Below are positions 1-13,056 of a DNA stretch of 64,000 nucleotides, in pieces. This DNA comes from Octopus sinensis (Eukaryota), in NCBI RefSeq assembly GCF_006345805.1, contig NC_043006.1:50034001-50098000 (forward strand). The letters are read 5' to 3'. The position numbers and the translations under genes are program-made. The notes under the pieces are model-generated. The model made no database searches, was not told the DNA's origin, and saw only the letters and a list, made by a program, of their open reading frames with translations. Each line of letters opens with the position of its first letter. Within the stretch, counting starts at the first letter, position 1.

Positions 1-852
1 CGAGCATTGGTATGCAGGCACACTAAGCACGTGGAGTGCAGGTAACAACAGGATAAATAAGGGTTTATCAGGAACCAATGCAAATAATTAAAAAGTGGAG
101 AAAACCATAGATTAACCAACACATCCACTGGACCACAATTATAGCTTATTTTTTAAATACAAAGCATGACGACAAAATAGGTGACATAACTTAGCTTACG
201 GCCGTTACTGATCGGATTGCCTATGTGCAGTCTATAAATAAATGCGAGAATAAAGTTCTTCATCTTCATAGAGCATTCGAATTAAGGCAAAGGATCTTCA
301 TCAGTGACAAACAAGAGCATACAATGTAAACAAAAGGTAGAAGGGAAAGGAAAGAAAATATGACTTAGACAAATAGTCTAGAAGCCCAATATGTTAAGAG
401 CAAATAATTCACCAACAGGTACTACAGGGTCGGTAGTTAAACGAGTAAGCTAGTAATGGTCTAGGGAATACTACAATTTATTAACAGGTAAGTACAATTA
501 GGTGGGTGGTTCAGGATGTTTAAAAAAAGTGACCAAGAAACTATATATAAGGAAAATACTTATATATAGTTACTTGGTTCATGTGAATCAATATCGAAGT
601 TCATCATACCTTAATTTATAATTTGTTACTTCTGGAGTACTTCACTGTTATTACGAATCAGATTATACATCAGGTGTTGAGGATAAAACAATAGTAACGT
701 CGTCCTTTAAAGCAGTGCTACTCGAAGCGGTGGTCCACAGAGCGGCACCGGTCCGCAAGCCATCAGCTACCAGTACACAGCATGTTTCCAGAAAAGAAGC
801 ATTATAAAATGCTTGTGTAATATTATATTGCTTGTTTACAAAATAAATATAA

Positions 853-1047
853 CTCTTTTACCTGTTTCAGTCACTTAACTGCGGTCATGCTGGAGCACCA
901 CCTTTAGTCGAGCAAATCAACCCTAGGACTTATTCTTTGTAAGCCTAGTACCTATTCTATCAGTTTCTTTTGCCGAACCGCTAAGTTATGGGGACGTAAA
1001 CACACCAGCATCAGTTGTCAAGTGATAGTGGAGGGACAAACACACAC

Positions 1048-1080
<33 letters not shown>

Positions 1081-4000
1081 GCTCAGTCGAAGTCGACTCT
1101 CGGTCACTCGTTGGATCAGTGTCCCCCAGTCAGTTCTATCCTGGGCCGCTTCCTTCAGACTGGCCATGTCCATTCCGGTATCACTCCTGGTGGTGTCAAG
1201 CCAGCGGGTTCTTGGTCGGCCCTTCCTCTCTTGCCACTGACCATTCTGAGCATGATGTCCTTCTCCAAGGATTCTTTCTCTCCGCACAATACGACCGAAA
1301 TATGCCACTCTACGCTTGGTGATCCCAGCTTCTAGCGACATTTTCGGCCTTATCTGCTTAAGAACTTCTCCATTGGTGAGCCTCGCTGTCCATGGAATCC
1401 GCAAAAGTCTTCTCCAACACTAAAGCTCGAATGCATTAATTCTCTTCTGATCAGCTTTCTTAGTGTCCATGTCTCGCATCCATATGTTGCTATTGGGAAG
1501 ACAATTGCATTCACCAATATGCATTTGGTAGCGAGTCTGATGTCTCTACTCTTCCAGACCCTGCTCATGCTGACCATTGCCTCTCTGCCTAGTACTATCC
1601 GCCGTCTTATTTCTGGAGCGCAGTCACCATCTCGATTTATTTTGGAGCCAAGGAAGATGAAATCATCAACCACTTCACTCTCTTCATTATCGATCTTGAT
1701 GCTGATGTTTGTTATGGCTGCTGTTGATATGATCTTCGTTTTCTTAACATTGAGGTACAGCCTAAATTTCTCACTCTCTTTCTTGACCAGCAGGACAAGA
1801 TCCTCCAGATCCTTACCACTCTCCGCCAGCAGGGTTGTATCATCTGCATAGCGAAGGTTATTAATATTTCTTCCTCCAATTCTCACTCCATTGCTGCTAT
1901 CCTCCAGGCCTGCATTGCTCATGACCTTTTCAGCGTACATGTTGAAGGCTGCTGGTGACAGGATGCAACCTTTCCGAGTGCCTTTTCCAATCTCAAACCA
2001 ATCTGTGTCGCCATATGGTGTCCGTACTGTAGCCTCTTGGTTTTGATAGAGTGATCTAATAAGCTGGACAAGGTGTAAAGGTGTTCCCATTTCCTCCAGA
2101 CATTTCCATAACTTGTCATGATCAATGCTGTCAAAGGCTTTGGAGTAATCGATGAAACACATGTACAGCTTCTATTGGTATTCTCTTGCCTTTTCCATAA
2201 TCCACCGAAGGTTGGCGACGTGATCGCGGGTGCCTCTTCCCTTTCTGAAACCAGCTTGCACCTCTGGCAATCCTCTCTCAATAGTTGTGTTCAGGCGCTT
2301 CTGGATGATTTTAAGGAGAATTTTGCTTACATGGGGGATCAGGGTTATGGTACGGTAGATTGCGCAGTCCTTGGTATCTCTTTTCTTTGGTATTGGGATG
2401 AAAACTGACCTCTTCCATTCCCTTGGCCACTTACAGGTTCTCCATATACGTTGGCAAAGCGATGTTAGTGTTTTTGTTGGTATTGGCTTGAGTAATTCTA
2501 GTGGAATACCATCAGTACCTGGGGCTTTTAGGTTGGCCAGCTGTTTCATTGCCCATACCACCCCATCCTCCAGGATGTCTGGCTCCAGTTCCAGTTCCAG
2601 TGGCTTCTCTTCTGTCTGTTCACCGAGGTTGTTCCCTGCATATAACTGCTCAGTGTACTCTTTCCATCTCTTCCTGATCCCTTCTTGGTCATGCAGTTCT
2701 TCACCATTTCTCCCTCGGATGGTTGCTTGTCTGGCCATGAATGCTGTACGGGGCTTCTTTACATGTTGGTAAAGTTCTCTCATGTTCCCTTTCCTGTATG
2801 CCTCCTCTGCCCTTGCACATTCCTCATTCCAGTATTTCTCTTTGTCCTTCCTGGCGGCCTGTTGGAACATTGCATTCAGGCGCCGCACTTCATTCCTGCT
2901 TCTGGTCATCTTTGCTCTCCTTCTCTCTTCTGCTATTGCAATAGTCTCCTCCGAAATCCACTTTGCTGATCTTGCGGGTTTCTTGTACAGTACATGTTTC
3001 TCTGTTGTTTCAACGACAATTTCCTTCACCTTCTCCCATATTTCTTCTGCTTCTTGATTCTCTTCGATGGCGAGCAGTTCGAAGCGGTTTCTGATCTCAG
3101 CGGCATATGATGGACCAATCTTGCTGGTATCAAATTTCTGGTAAGCGGGTGGTCGCTTGACGCTGCAGAGTCGTATCTTGATCTCGGCAACCAGAAATTC
3201 ATGGTCAGATCCACAGTCTGCCCCAGGGAACGTCTTCACAGCTTGAACTGAACTCTTCCACCGTTGCTGACACAGGATGTAGTCGATTTGATTGCGGTAC
3301 TGTCCACTTGGTGACGTCCAGGTGTATAACCTTCTTCTTGGTTGCCGAAACCAAGTATTGGTTAACCGCATGTGTTGTTCTTGACAAAATTAAACCAGTC
3401 GATCTCCTGCTTCATTCCGTTCTCCTAATCCAAATTTGCCAACGATGTCTGCTTCTGTCCTTTCTCCAATTTTGGCATTGAAATCTCCCAGAATATACAC
3501 AACATCTGCTCGTGGTGTTTCTTCGATTGCGCCCTGAATTTCTGCATAGAATTGTTCTATCTCATCTTTTTCGACGTCGGCAGTTGGTGCGTAGATTTGT
3601 AGCAATGTGATGTTATTGGGTTTGGCTTTGATGCGAATGGTAATCACTCGATCACTCATGGTCTGGTAACTTTCAACGCACTTGGATATTTTCTTGTATA
3701 GAACAAATCCCACTCCATGTTGTCTGGTCTTATTATTGCCCGAAAAGTACATTGTATGATCACCAGAGTTGAAGAAACCATTGCCAGTTCAATGAACTTC
3801 GCTGACTCCCAGGATATCGATGTTTAACCGATTCATTTCCTTCTTGATGGTGTCCAACTTCCCAATGTTCATCCCCCTTACGTTCCATGTTCCAATTTTT
3901 GTGACTTTTGTGCAGCGCAGGGATCTCAGTTCGCTGGTGGCTACATCAGCAGGCAGGTGTCTAGAAGGATTTGTCCCATCCGCGTCATCAATACCGCCGC

Positions 4001-4246
4001 TATTATGATTATCCTTGTGCTCTTACCCAGTAGCCAATGTGGTATCTCGCAGCCCGGGGGTCCCACTGTTTGGTACCATCGTACTAGAATTCTTACACTT
4101 TTGATCCATAGAGTATATTGGCCAGGATACTGGGGTAGGTGGCCAGGTCTTTCCCCAGGCCAGAGCCATTTAGCTAGCATACTTACCATATGCCGTTGCG
4201 ACCCCCAGCACCACGGTGAGGAGAACGGTTGGGCTTTGGAGGGGGA

Positions 4247-4290
<44 letters not shown>

Positions 4291-4479
4291 ACATACATAC
4301 ATATACATATATACGACGGGCTTCTTTCAGTTTCCATCTACCAAATCCACTCACAGGGCTTTGGTCGACCCGAGGCTATAGTAGAAGACACTTGCCCAAG
4401 GTGCCACGCATGGGAGTGAACCCGGAATCATGTGGTTAGTAAGCAAGTTACTTACCACACAGCCACTCCTGCGCCTATA
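853..4479 (-). mobile_element. tRNA-headed SINE family 1, split by an RTE LINE (tail 853-1048, head 4246-4479)
   Basis: The same head (ataggcgcaggagtggctgtgtggtaagtagcttgcttaccaacc...ggttcagtccc, with A/B-box-like motifs) and tail (...gactgaaacaagtaaaagag) recur more than 10 times in the window. An internal CA/TA microsatellite separates the two halves. Confidence 0.85.
1049..4245 (-). mobile_element. Near full-length RTE-clade (BovB/RTE-1-like) LINE, inactivated
   Basis: APE endonuclease (KIGTWNVRG, LLQIYAPT, ILGDFNAKIG, NQIDYIL, GSDH) and RT (FIDYSKAFDSIDH, GCILSP, LRYADDT). The C-terminus RVTESRLRLSG* is followed by an (AG)n tail. The ORF is split by stops and frameshifts (3390-3752, 2172-3371, 1350-2162, 1075-1404). 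TSD aacacacaca at 1039-1048 and 4246-4255. Confidence 0.93.
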
Positions 4480-4973
4480 AAGCCGCCAACTTTTATTATA
4501 TTCATTATATATATTGTTTCCGATATAAATTAATATTGCTACGAAATATTAGCTGGCACATTGGAAAAAAAGAACTGCCAGTACACTACATCATAGTTTG
4601 AGAAGCACTGCTTTATAGGACTTCCACATTCTGTTGCCATGTAAACTTTATATTTAGTTCATAATATATCTATGAATATCTATATTTATAATATACATAC
4701 ATACGTATGTACACACACATACATATTATATATATTCATACACAGAAACCATACAAGAACTTTCTGGTGTCAAAATATTTCTTAAAGCAATATCCTGTAT
4801 CTCAAATAATATATGTCACAAATGATAGCATCACCTTTCAGCTGGAAAAAAAAACCGAGAATGAATAATTTTATGAAATAAGATCTAACAGGTAAAAAGA
4901 AACTGAACGAAAAGGAAATAGGGCAGAATAAATATACATCATAACTAATGCAAAATCAGATACTCTCACTCTT

Positions 4974-5041
<68 letters not shown>

Positions 5042-5240
5042 ACATATCTTTAACTATTTTCTTTTATTTGTTTGTCATTTCACTGCAACCATGCTGGGAC
5101 ACCGCCTTGGAGGGTTTTAGTCAAACAAATCAACACTAGGACTTATTATTTTGGTCTCTTTTGCTGAACTGCTAAGTTAGAGGGACATCACACCAGCACT
5201 GGTTGTCAAGCAGTGATGGGGGACAAACACAGACACAAAT

Positions 5241-5272
<32 letters not shown>

Positions 5273-5585
5273 TATTTTTTGTATTTTTGTATTTATATTC
5301 GTGTAACATCGTCTGTTTTTCTGTCCTTGTTTTCGTATACATTCGATGCTTTTTCCCAAGGAATCTAATGCTCTTAGCTTAGTTTTTCCTTGGAGCTGGC
5401 CAGATTGGAACAATCTCAAGATTAATCAGCCGAAATTGCGAGGATGATCCAGTTCTTGACTGGGGATAAAAGGCTTCGAATGACCCGTCCTAGTTTTTTT
5501 TGTATTATCTATCTGGATGTTTTGTTGTCCCTTTTTGTATCACCTAGTTGTCCGGATGTTTTGCGTTCTTGTCCCATTTTGTATT
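5273..5585. mobile_element. Short non-coding insert, possibly a Penelope-like terminal-repeat fragment
   Basis: Complex sequence bounded by (TA)n on both sides inside a SINE. The Penelope assignment is by recalled resemblance only. Confidence 0.3.
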
Positions 5586-5798
<213 letters not shown>

Positions 5799-6543
5799 GA
5801 GCTTCTTTCAGTTTCCCTGTACCAATCTACTTGCAAGGGTTTGGTTGGCCTGTGGCAATAGGAGAAAACACTTGCCCAAGTCGCCACACAGTGGGACTGA
5901 AACTGGAATTATATGGTTAGGAAACAAACTTCTTACCACACAGCCACGTAGGTATATGTTTCTGTATATTAATATGCATACAGGCACAGGAGTGGCGGTG
6001 TGGTAAGTAGCTTCCTTAAGCTTGTCGTAGACAGACCTCTTTTTTTCGGCTGCTTGATGTCACATCTTTCTTCGTGAAAATATTGAACTTTGAGGCTCGA
6101 CAACAGGTAAGTGTTTGTTGTATCTTTTGAGGGCTTAGTGGAGTTTGTTGTCCTGTATTGAATATTTTTTGGTGAGCAACAGTCTCCACTCTTCTCCAGA
6201 CATTTGCCTGCCTGTGGTCGTGCATAAAAACTCACTTTGCAGTGAGAATTGTATTTTTTGAAGAGGCGTAACCCCTACGCAAAAATTAATTTGTTTACGA
6301 AAATTGTCTTCATGTCTGTGAATTTCCACTGGATTACCAAGGAGTACCAAGGCAGGAAGGACTATTTTTGGAGCTGGAGTACCTATATCGGACTTGTGGA
6401 ATATGTTGCCGTTGATTGAACTGCCTTCGTTCTTTTCTCTGTTCTGTCTTTCCGTTCTTTTTTTTTGTGTTTATTACTGAACTTTTATTTAGAACATTTG
6501 AACTTTTGTTGAACTCTTTTTTGTTTCTTTGTGGTTTTAAATT

Positions 6544-7061
6544 ATGGCAACAAAGAAAACCACTGTGCTGGAGTGGGAAATTGTGCCCCCCAAGCAGTGG
6601 ATAGAGGACCGAAATGGGAGAATGGTGGTGTTGAGGACATACTCCAAGTCACTCGACACTATCACTGTGTTCTCTCAGGACGAAATTGAAAAATAGTTGG
6701 CAGAATACATACCAACTATCAAGTATATCGCAAGGAGTGCCAAATTTGCAACAGTGTGGTTACTGTTTGACACCCCTAAAGAGGCTAGCTAGTCGAAGGG
6801 GAAAAAATTTTGTTTCTCCTCACATATCGGGGAAAGAAATTGACAAGAGGCTGGGTGAGTGGCCTGTCACCCGGAATAGAGCCTGAGTTGATAGAGGATA
6901 CTATCCGCCGGGGTCTGGGTAGCAGCGGAGCCAGGCTCTTGAAAGTTAAAAAGCATCCTGTAGCTGATTGGGTGGGGTCGAAAGCAATTTTGAACATATG
7001 GACCCAATCAACCAAAGATCTGGTCTTCCCAAATTTTCTAAAGATAGCCGGTTCTAGGTTT
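6544..7061 (+). pseudogene. 5' half of a retroelement ORF1 (gag-like), disrupted
   Basis: MATKKTTVLEWEIVPPKQWIEDRNGRMVVLRTYSKS...ATVWLLFDTP...LTYRGKK...IRRGLG...FLKIAGSRF is colinear with ORF 43368-43904. In-frame TAG at 6694, a small deletion, and truncation by minisatellite A. Confidence 0.8.
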
Positions 7062-7916
7062 CCTCCCCTTCTCCTCTCAAATCCCCTTCTCTGGAATGTT
7101 CAGCATTCTTTCCTCCCGTTCCTCCACTTCACTTCTCAAATCCACCTCTCTGAAATGTTCAACATTCCTTCACCCCATTCCTCCCCTTCCCCTCTCAAAG
7201 CCCACTATTCGCAATGTTCAACATTACTTCCACCACTTCCTCCCCTTCACTTCCCAAATCACCCTCTCTGGAATGTTTAACATTCCTTCCTCCCCTTCTT
7301 CCACTTCCCCTCACAAATTCCACTATCTGGAATGTTCAAATTCCTTCCTCCACTTCCCCTCTAAAATCCCCCTCACTGGAATGTTCAACATTCATTCCTC
7401 ACCTTCCTCCACTTCCCCTCTAAAATCCCACTCTCTGGAATGATCAACATTCCTTCCTCCCCTTTCTCCCCTTCACCTCTCAAATGTGAAGGGGAGGAAG
7501 GAATGTTGAACATTCCAGACAGGGGGATTTGAGAGGGGAAGGGGAAGAAGGCGAGGAAGGAATGTTGAACATTCCAGAGAGGGGGATTTGAGAAGTGAAC
7601 GGGAGGAAGGGGAAGAAGGAATGTTGAACATTCCAGAGAGGGGGATTTGAGAGGTGAAGGGGAGGATGGGGAGGAAAGAATGTTGAACAATCCTTCCTCC
7701 CCTTCCACCCCCTCCTCTCTCCAATCCCCCACACTGAAATGTTCAACATTCTTTCCTCCCCTTCCTCCGCTTAACCTCACAAATCCCCCTCTCTGGAATG
7801 TTCAGCATTCCTACTCCCCTTCCTCCCCTTCAACTATCAAATCCTCCTCTCTGGATTGTTCAGCCATCCTTCCTCCCCTTCCCCTCTCAATTCCCTCTCT
7901 CTAGAATGTTCGACAT
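7060..7916 (+). repeat. Minisatellite A (~50-63-bp pyrimidine-rich unit containing the palindrome GGAATGTT-C-AACATTCC); inverted segment ~7486-7685
   Basis: The unit ggaatgttcaacattccttcctccccttcccctctcaaatccccctctct is repeated. The middle block reads as the reverse complement. Confidence 0.92.
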
Positions 7917-9344
7917 GAAATCCTCGGTACTTCCCAGGACGTTTCCGACGAGATTTCCAGGAAGTTGGGGGAATCCTCGGAAGTTTCCGACGAAATTTCC
8001 AGGAAGTTGGGGGAATCCCTGGAACTTTCCAAGAAGTTTCCCACCAATTTTATAGGAATTTGTGGGATCCCCGGAACTTTCCAGGATGTTTCCCTCCGAT
8101 TCTCCCGGAAGTTTGGGAATCCCCGGAACTTTCCATGAAATCCTCGGAACTTCCCGGCGATATTTCCAGGAAGTTGGAGTATTCTCTGATCTTTCCATGG
8201 AATCCTCGGAACTTTCCATAGAATTTCCAGGAAGTTGGGGGAATCCCCCGGAACTTTCCATGGAATTCTCGGAACTTTCCAGGAAGTTTCAAACCAATTT
8301 TACAGGAAGTTTGGGAATCACCGGAACTTTCCATGATATCCATGATTTCCAGCAAGTTTCCTCCAATTTTCCAGGAAGCTGGGGGAATCCCCGGAACTTT
8401 CCGAAAATTTTTAGGAACTTACCATGGAATCATCGGAACTTTCCAACAAATTTACCAGAAAGTTGTGGAATCCCCGGAACTTTCCATGAAATCCTCGGAA
8501 CTTCCCAGGAAGTTTCCGTCCGATTTTCCAGGAAGTTTGGTATTCCCCGGAACTTTCCGTGAAATCCTGGGAACTTCCCAGGAAGTTTCTACGAGATTTC
8601 CAGGAAGTTGGGAAAATTCCTCGGACCTTTCCATGGAATCCTCGGAACTCTCCATTAAATTTTCGACTAATTTTCCAGGTAGTTGGGGGAATTCCCGGAA
8701 CTTTCCAGCAAGTTTCCGACCAATTTTACAGGAATTTGGGGAATCACCGGAACTTTCCGACAAATTTTTAGGAGGTTGGGGGATCCCCGGAACTTTTCAG
8801 GAAATTTCCGACGAAATTTCCAGAAATCTGGGAGGATCCCCGGAACTTTCCATGAATTCCTCGGAACTTTCCGGTAAGTTTCCGATAAATTTTCAATGAC
8901 CTTTGGGGAGACACCGGAACTTTCCATGAAGTTTCCGACTGATTTTTCAGGAAGTTGGGGACTCCTCGTAATTTTTCATGGAACCTAGGAACTTTCCAGG
9001 AAGTTTCCGACCAGTTTTCTAGGAAATTGGGGTATCCTCGGAACTTTCCAGTATCTTACCGATTTTCTAGGAAGTTGGGAATCCCCGGAACTTTCCGAAA
9101 ATTTTTAGGAACTTTCCATGGAAATCCTCGGAACTTTTGCGATCAATTTTCCAGGAAGTTTGGGAGACCCCGGAACTGTCCTTGAATCCTCGGAACTTCC
9201 CATGGAGTTTCCGACCAATTTTCTATGATGTTGGGAAATCCCCGGAACTGCCAATGAAATCCTTGGAACTTTCCAGGGTGTTCCTACCAATTTTCCGGGA
9301 AGTTGGGGAATCCCCGGAACTTTCCATGAAATCCTCGGAACTTT
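7917..9344 (+). repeat. Minisatellite B (GGAACTTTCC/GGGAATCCCC modules; variable ~42-73-bp higher-order units)
   Basis: Recurrent ccaggaagttgggggaatccccggaactttccatgaaatcctcggaac. The ORFs here are repetitive artefacts. Confidence 0.92.
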
Positions 9345-9394
9345 GATGAAAATTCGCTTAGGTATTTTCCGAGGATATTACTAAATAATTCAAG

Positions 9395-9725
9395 CTAAAT
9401 ATAAAGCTTGTGTGCAAATAACATCTATTTTAATTGCAACGTTGCTTGAACTCCATCGATTACAACGACAACGGATCCAATGGATCCGATTAATGGAACA
9501 GCCTGCTCGTGGAATTAACGTGCAGGTGGCTGAGCACTCAATAGACGCGCGTAACTTTACATAGCTCTCGAGAAGATTCGGCGTGACTCAGGATGTGACA
9601 AGGCTCCTTTGTATGACAGATGCAACTCATTTTTGCTTGCTGAGTGGACTGGAACAACGTGAAATAAAGAGTCTTGCTCAAAGACATGACGCGCCGCGAG
9701 TAATCGAACTCACGACCCACACGCC
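9395..9725 (-). mobile_element. tRNA-headed SINE (body Y, tail P)
   Basis: The minus strand gives gtcgtgagttcgatt (B-box), then tgagcaagactctttatttcacgttg (shared with 15949), then gagtgctcagccacctgcacgttaattccacgagcaggctgttcc (shared with 13057). Confidence 0.7.
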
Positions 9726-10569
9726 TTCACAATTGCGACCGAATTGTGACAAAGTGTAACTGAGATTAGCATTTCGAAAAAGCTCAGTATAAAGTGTCAT
9801 TGATGAGGGTAAAAATGAATTGTTAATGCAAGGTATCAGCAACCAAAGAATGTCATTGGTTTATCGTAGTCTTTATAAAGTATTTCAGAGAATTGATTGT
9901 TTTCAGCATGGTTAAATGCGCAGATTAACTAGGATTTCGTAATCCAGTAAAACTCGTTCAAATACAGAAAAAATACAGACGGCTGAAGACTGAGACAAGG
10001 AGTGATAAACAGAAGGCCTAGATGTTTAATATGTGGGGAAATGGGGCTTTTCTCCGGTTTAGTCGACCCAATTGCAACTAAAAGCGTGACTGTGGTTATA
10101 TGATCCAAAAACGTTAACGCTTATGTATGTTTTTATTGAGATAAAATGATTTCTCAAGGTTTGAGAAATGACAGAACCATCAGTTTGTTGTGGCCTTTAT
10201 AAAAGATTGCAGAAGGTTGAGTCAGGATGGACAAATGCGAGGAGTGACATGGAATTTGTAATGTCTGTATAATAGGTACACACTCGGAAAAAAGCGTATG
10301 GACAAAAACTTGAGACAGATAGTGGTAGACAGAAGGCTTAGATGTTTAATGTGTAGAGCAAGGAAACTCTTGTGATTTAGCAGACCACATTGCGAGGAAA
10401 AGCACAACTGTGGTTACACGACCTCAAAATGTTCGCGCTGGTGTATATGTTTATATGGAGATAACATGATTTATCTGAGTAACAGCAGTTACCAATAAAA
10501 GTGAATAATCGGTTTATGTGATCTTCATAAAGAACTGGTTGCTGTTAGCATGAACAAATACAAGGAGAA

Positions 10570-12760
10570 ATATAAAAATAGATGGCTTATTTTTTTATTG
10601 GCAATTTTATATCCATACCCTGTTCTGTTTAATTCACTTGTAAGGGGTATTAGGGCTATGCAGAATATTAAAGGTGAAAGTGAGTCACCTTGAAAAATTC
10701 CACAGTTGATGTTTATATTTTCTGAGGCAAGTACTCCATTAGAGTGGTATAATTGGAGATTTGTATTCCACAACGACATATTGTGCTTCAGGAAGCTTGA
10801 AATCACAGGGGAAATTTTGAAGATGTCCAGCGATCTCAAGATCCATGGATGCGGTATACTGTCGAAGGCCTTTTTATAGTCAATCCATGCGGAGCTGAGA
10901 TTTCTGCGCTTGTTGTGACAGTTCTCAAGGATCATACGATTAATTAGCAGTTGATCTTTGCATCTGTATGAGCCTCGGCGGCACCCTTTTTGTTCAATGG
11001 GGAAAATATCGTTCTTCTCCATGAATGCATATGTTTTCTCCGCCAGGATAGATGTTAGGATTTTATACGTGGTGGATAGACAGGTTATAGGCCGATAGTT
11101 TTTGGAAGGTTGGTTTCGTTATTCTTTGGGAGTAAGTAATACCACTTGCTAACCATTCAGGTGTTTTCTTTGGGTCTCTCATAATTCCATTGAGCAGCTG
11201 AACTAGCTTACCGTATGCGCATGGGAGCGATGCGACCAGAAATTCGGCACCCTATCTTTACCGGGGGATTTCCAATTATGGGCCTTCGTGAGTGCCTTTC
11301 TTAGGTCTGCTATTGTGATGTCTTCCCATGCTTGTTGCTGTAAATTTTGGTAGGATCCTTCTGTTTGTATAATCCAGTCTGCATTTATGTTGTACGTCTT
11401 CTTGTCACTCCAAATCCTTTTCCAAAAGTTTTGAACTTCTTCCATGGGAGGAGGGTCTTTAACGGTTACTTTCTCCTTCCCTATTTCTCTGTAGAATTTT
11501 TTGGCATTGTATGTGAACAGCTTATTTTGCTTGTAAAACTTGTTTCTCTTCTCAAATCTTCGTATTCTTTGGGCTTTTGCTTGGACTTTTTGTTTCAGCG
11601 TTTCTTTTATTGATATCAGTTCTTCTCTTGGTAAGGATCCAAATTTTGTCTTCATCTTTCTTCCTGTTCTGGATCTTACATCATTTCCACATATCAGTTC
11701 ATTTAATATTGATATTTCCCCTCTCATAAATTCAATCTCTTTTTCAATTTTACTTCTCCAGGTTTGATTTCTTACCAGGTTTGGTTTTCTTTGTTTTTTC
11801 GGGGGCATACAGCTGGTTTCAATTGCCCTAGCAGAAGCGTAAATAATTTCATTTAACTCAGTAAAATCAGGTTTTAATTCTTGTATTATTTCATTTGTTA
11901 CATAGTTGCCAATTTGGATTTGCATTTTATTTTGGTTTGTATTTGAGAGTTTATGAAGTGGTTCTCTATCATTCATACTTGTATGTCTTACAACTTCAAG
12001 CGTATTCAGGATTTTCTGCCTCATTTCTGCCATAGACTCTCTGTGTTCTTCAGCAAATGCGAGATCTTCAGTTACTGTTGTTTTATCATTTTCCTGGCTA
12101 TCTTTAACAGGTTCAATAGAATTTCTTGTATCTTCAGGCCTTTGCGTACTTTGGTCAGATGGCAGTCTTTCAATTAAGCCTCGTGGCGTGCTATACTGTT
12201 CATCTGATTCTTCATTTCCTTTGTGTCTTATATTTATGTCATTTTCCGTTGCGTGCTTGATCGCGCTTATTTCACTGTCTGTGAGTCTGTTATTTCTAAG
12301 GATATCCCTTCTCACATTTGTCAATTTGTTCTCGTCCAAATAGGGCCAACTGTCTTGATTCCGTGTTCTGTAAGAGTTTGCGGTGTGTCTCTCTTGAGAT
12401 GGCCTACCTAATGCATAGTAATAAGCGTATATTACTTCTTTATACTCTTCTCGGGTCCATTTGTTCTGCTTACATTTTTCTTTCTGTGGTGGTGAACTTG
12501 GAGGGCTCGAGTTGGGGAATTTCCCGTTCAAGTGACCATCCATGTCCGTATTCGGAGAAGAGTTTGTGCCAGTTGATGACTTTTCGATCCCAGGCTGGCT
12601 CTTCCCTGGGGGACGCGCTTCCAGATTAACCATAGGACAAGCGATTTGGTATACTGATTTAGTTTTCCTTTTAGTTTCCAAAAACATTTTGGTGCTACGA
12701 TAATGTTATCATTTTTGAGCTTTGATCGGCGCGTGTGGAGACGGCCATCATTGCCGTTAC
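10570..12760 (-). mobile_element. R4/Dong-clade (single-ORF, RLE-type) non-LTR retrotransposon; 5' part retained, 3' lost
   Basis: N-terminus KWTREEYKEVIYAYYY...LTNVRRDILRNNRLTDSEI, then NWKSPGKDRVPNFW, NYRPITCL, EQKGCRR, AWIDYKKAFDSIPH, GIFQGDSLSPL and KISHL. Homology ends just before the expected YMDD. A stop/frameshift lies between ORFs 11203-12687 and 10525-11022. Confidence 0.85.
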
Positions 12761-13056
12761 AATTATAATCGTACCATTATAGCAGCCGTAGTCGGCTTAT
12801 TATTGTTATTATCATCACCATTATTATCACCACTATTACTATCATCATTATCATCATCACCATCATCATCATCAATGATATTGTTTTATGTGTAGTCACA
12901 GCAGTATCTTATTTTTGTTATTTTTGTTTTTATCATTATCACCATCACAGTAGTGTCTGTCTGTGTCGTTGGCTGGCTGGCTGGCTGTCTTCAACGCCAG
13001 AATTCTTGCCTGTCAAATAATACTTTCATATTTGGTTAACATCTAAAGAACCGAGG

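Larger units (their letters stand above)
713..4610. mobile_element. hAT (Charlie/MER5-like) non-autonomous DNA transposon, expanded by a nested SINE and LINE
   Basis: Left end CAGTGCTACTCGAA (713); right end reverse-complements to CAGTGCTTCTCAAA (ends 4610), 12/14 identical. The 8-bp flanks ctttaaag (705-712) and ctttatag (4611-4618) are 7/8 identical, fitting a hAT 8-bp TSD. Confidence 0.8.

Noticed and set aside
7096-9346. Many overlapping ORFs on both strands with repetitive peptides
   Set aside because: Produced by minisatellites A and B; all frames are similarly open and there is no protein signature.
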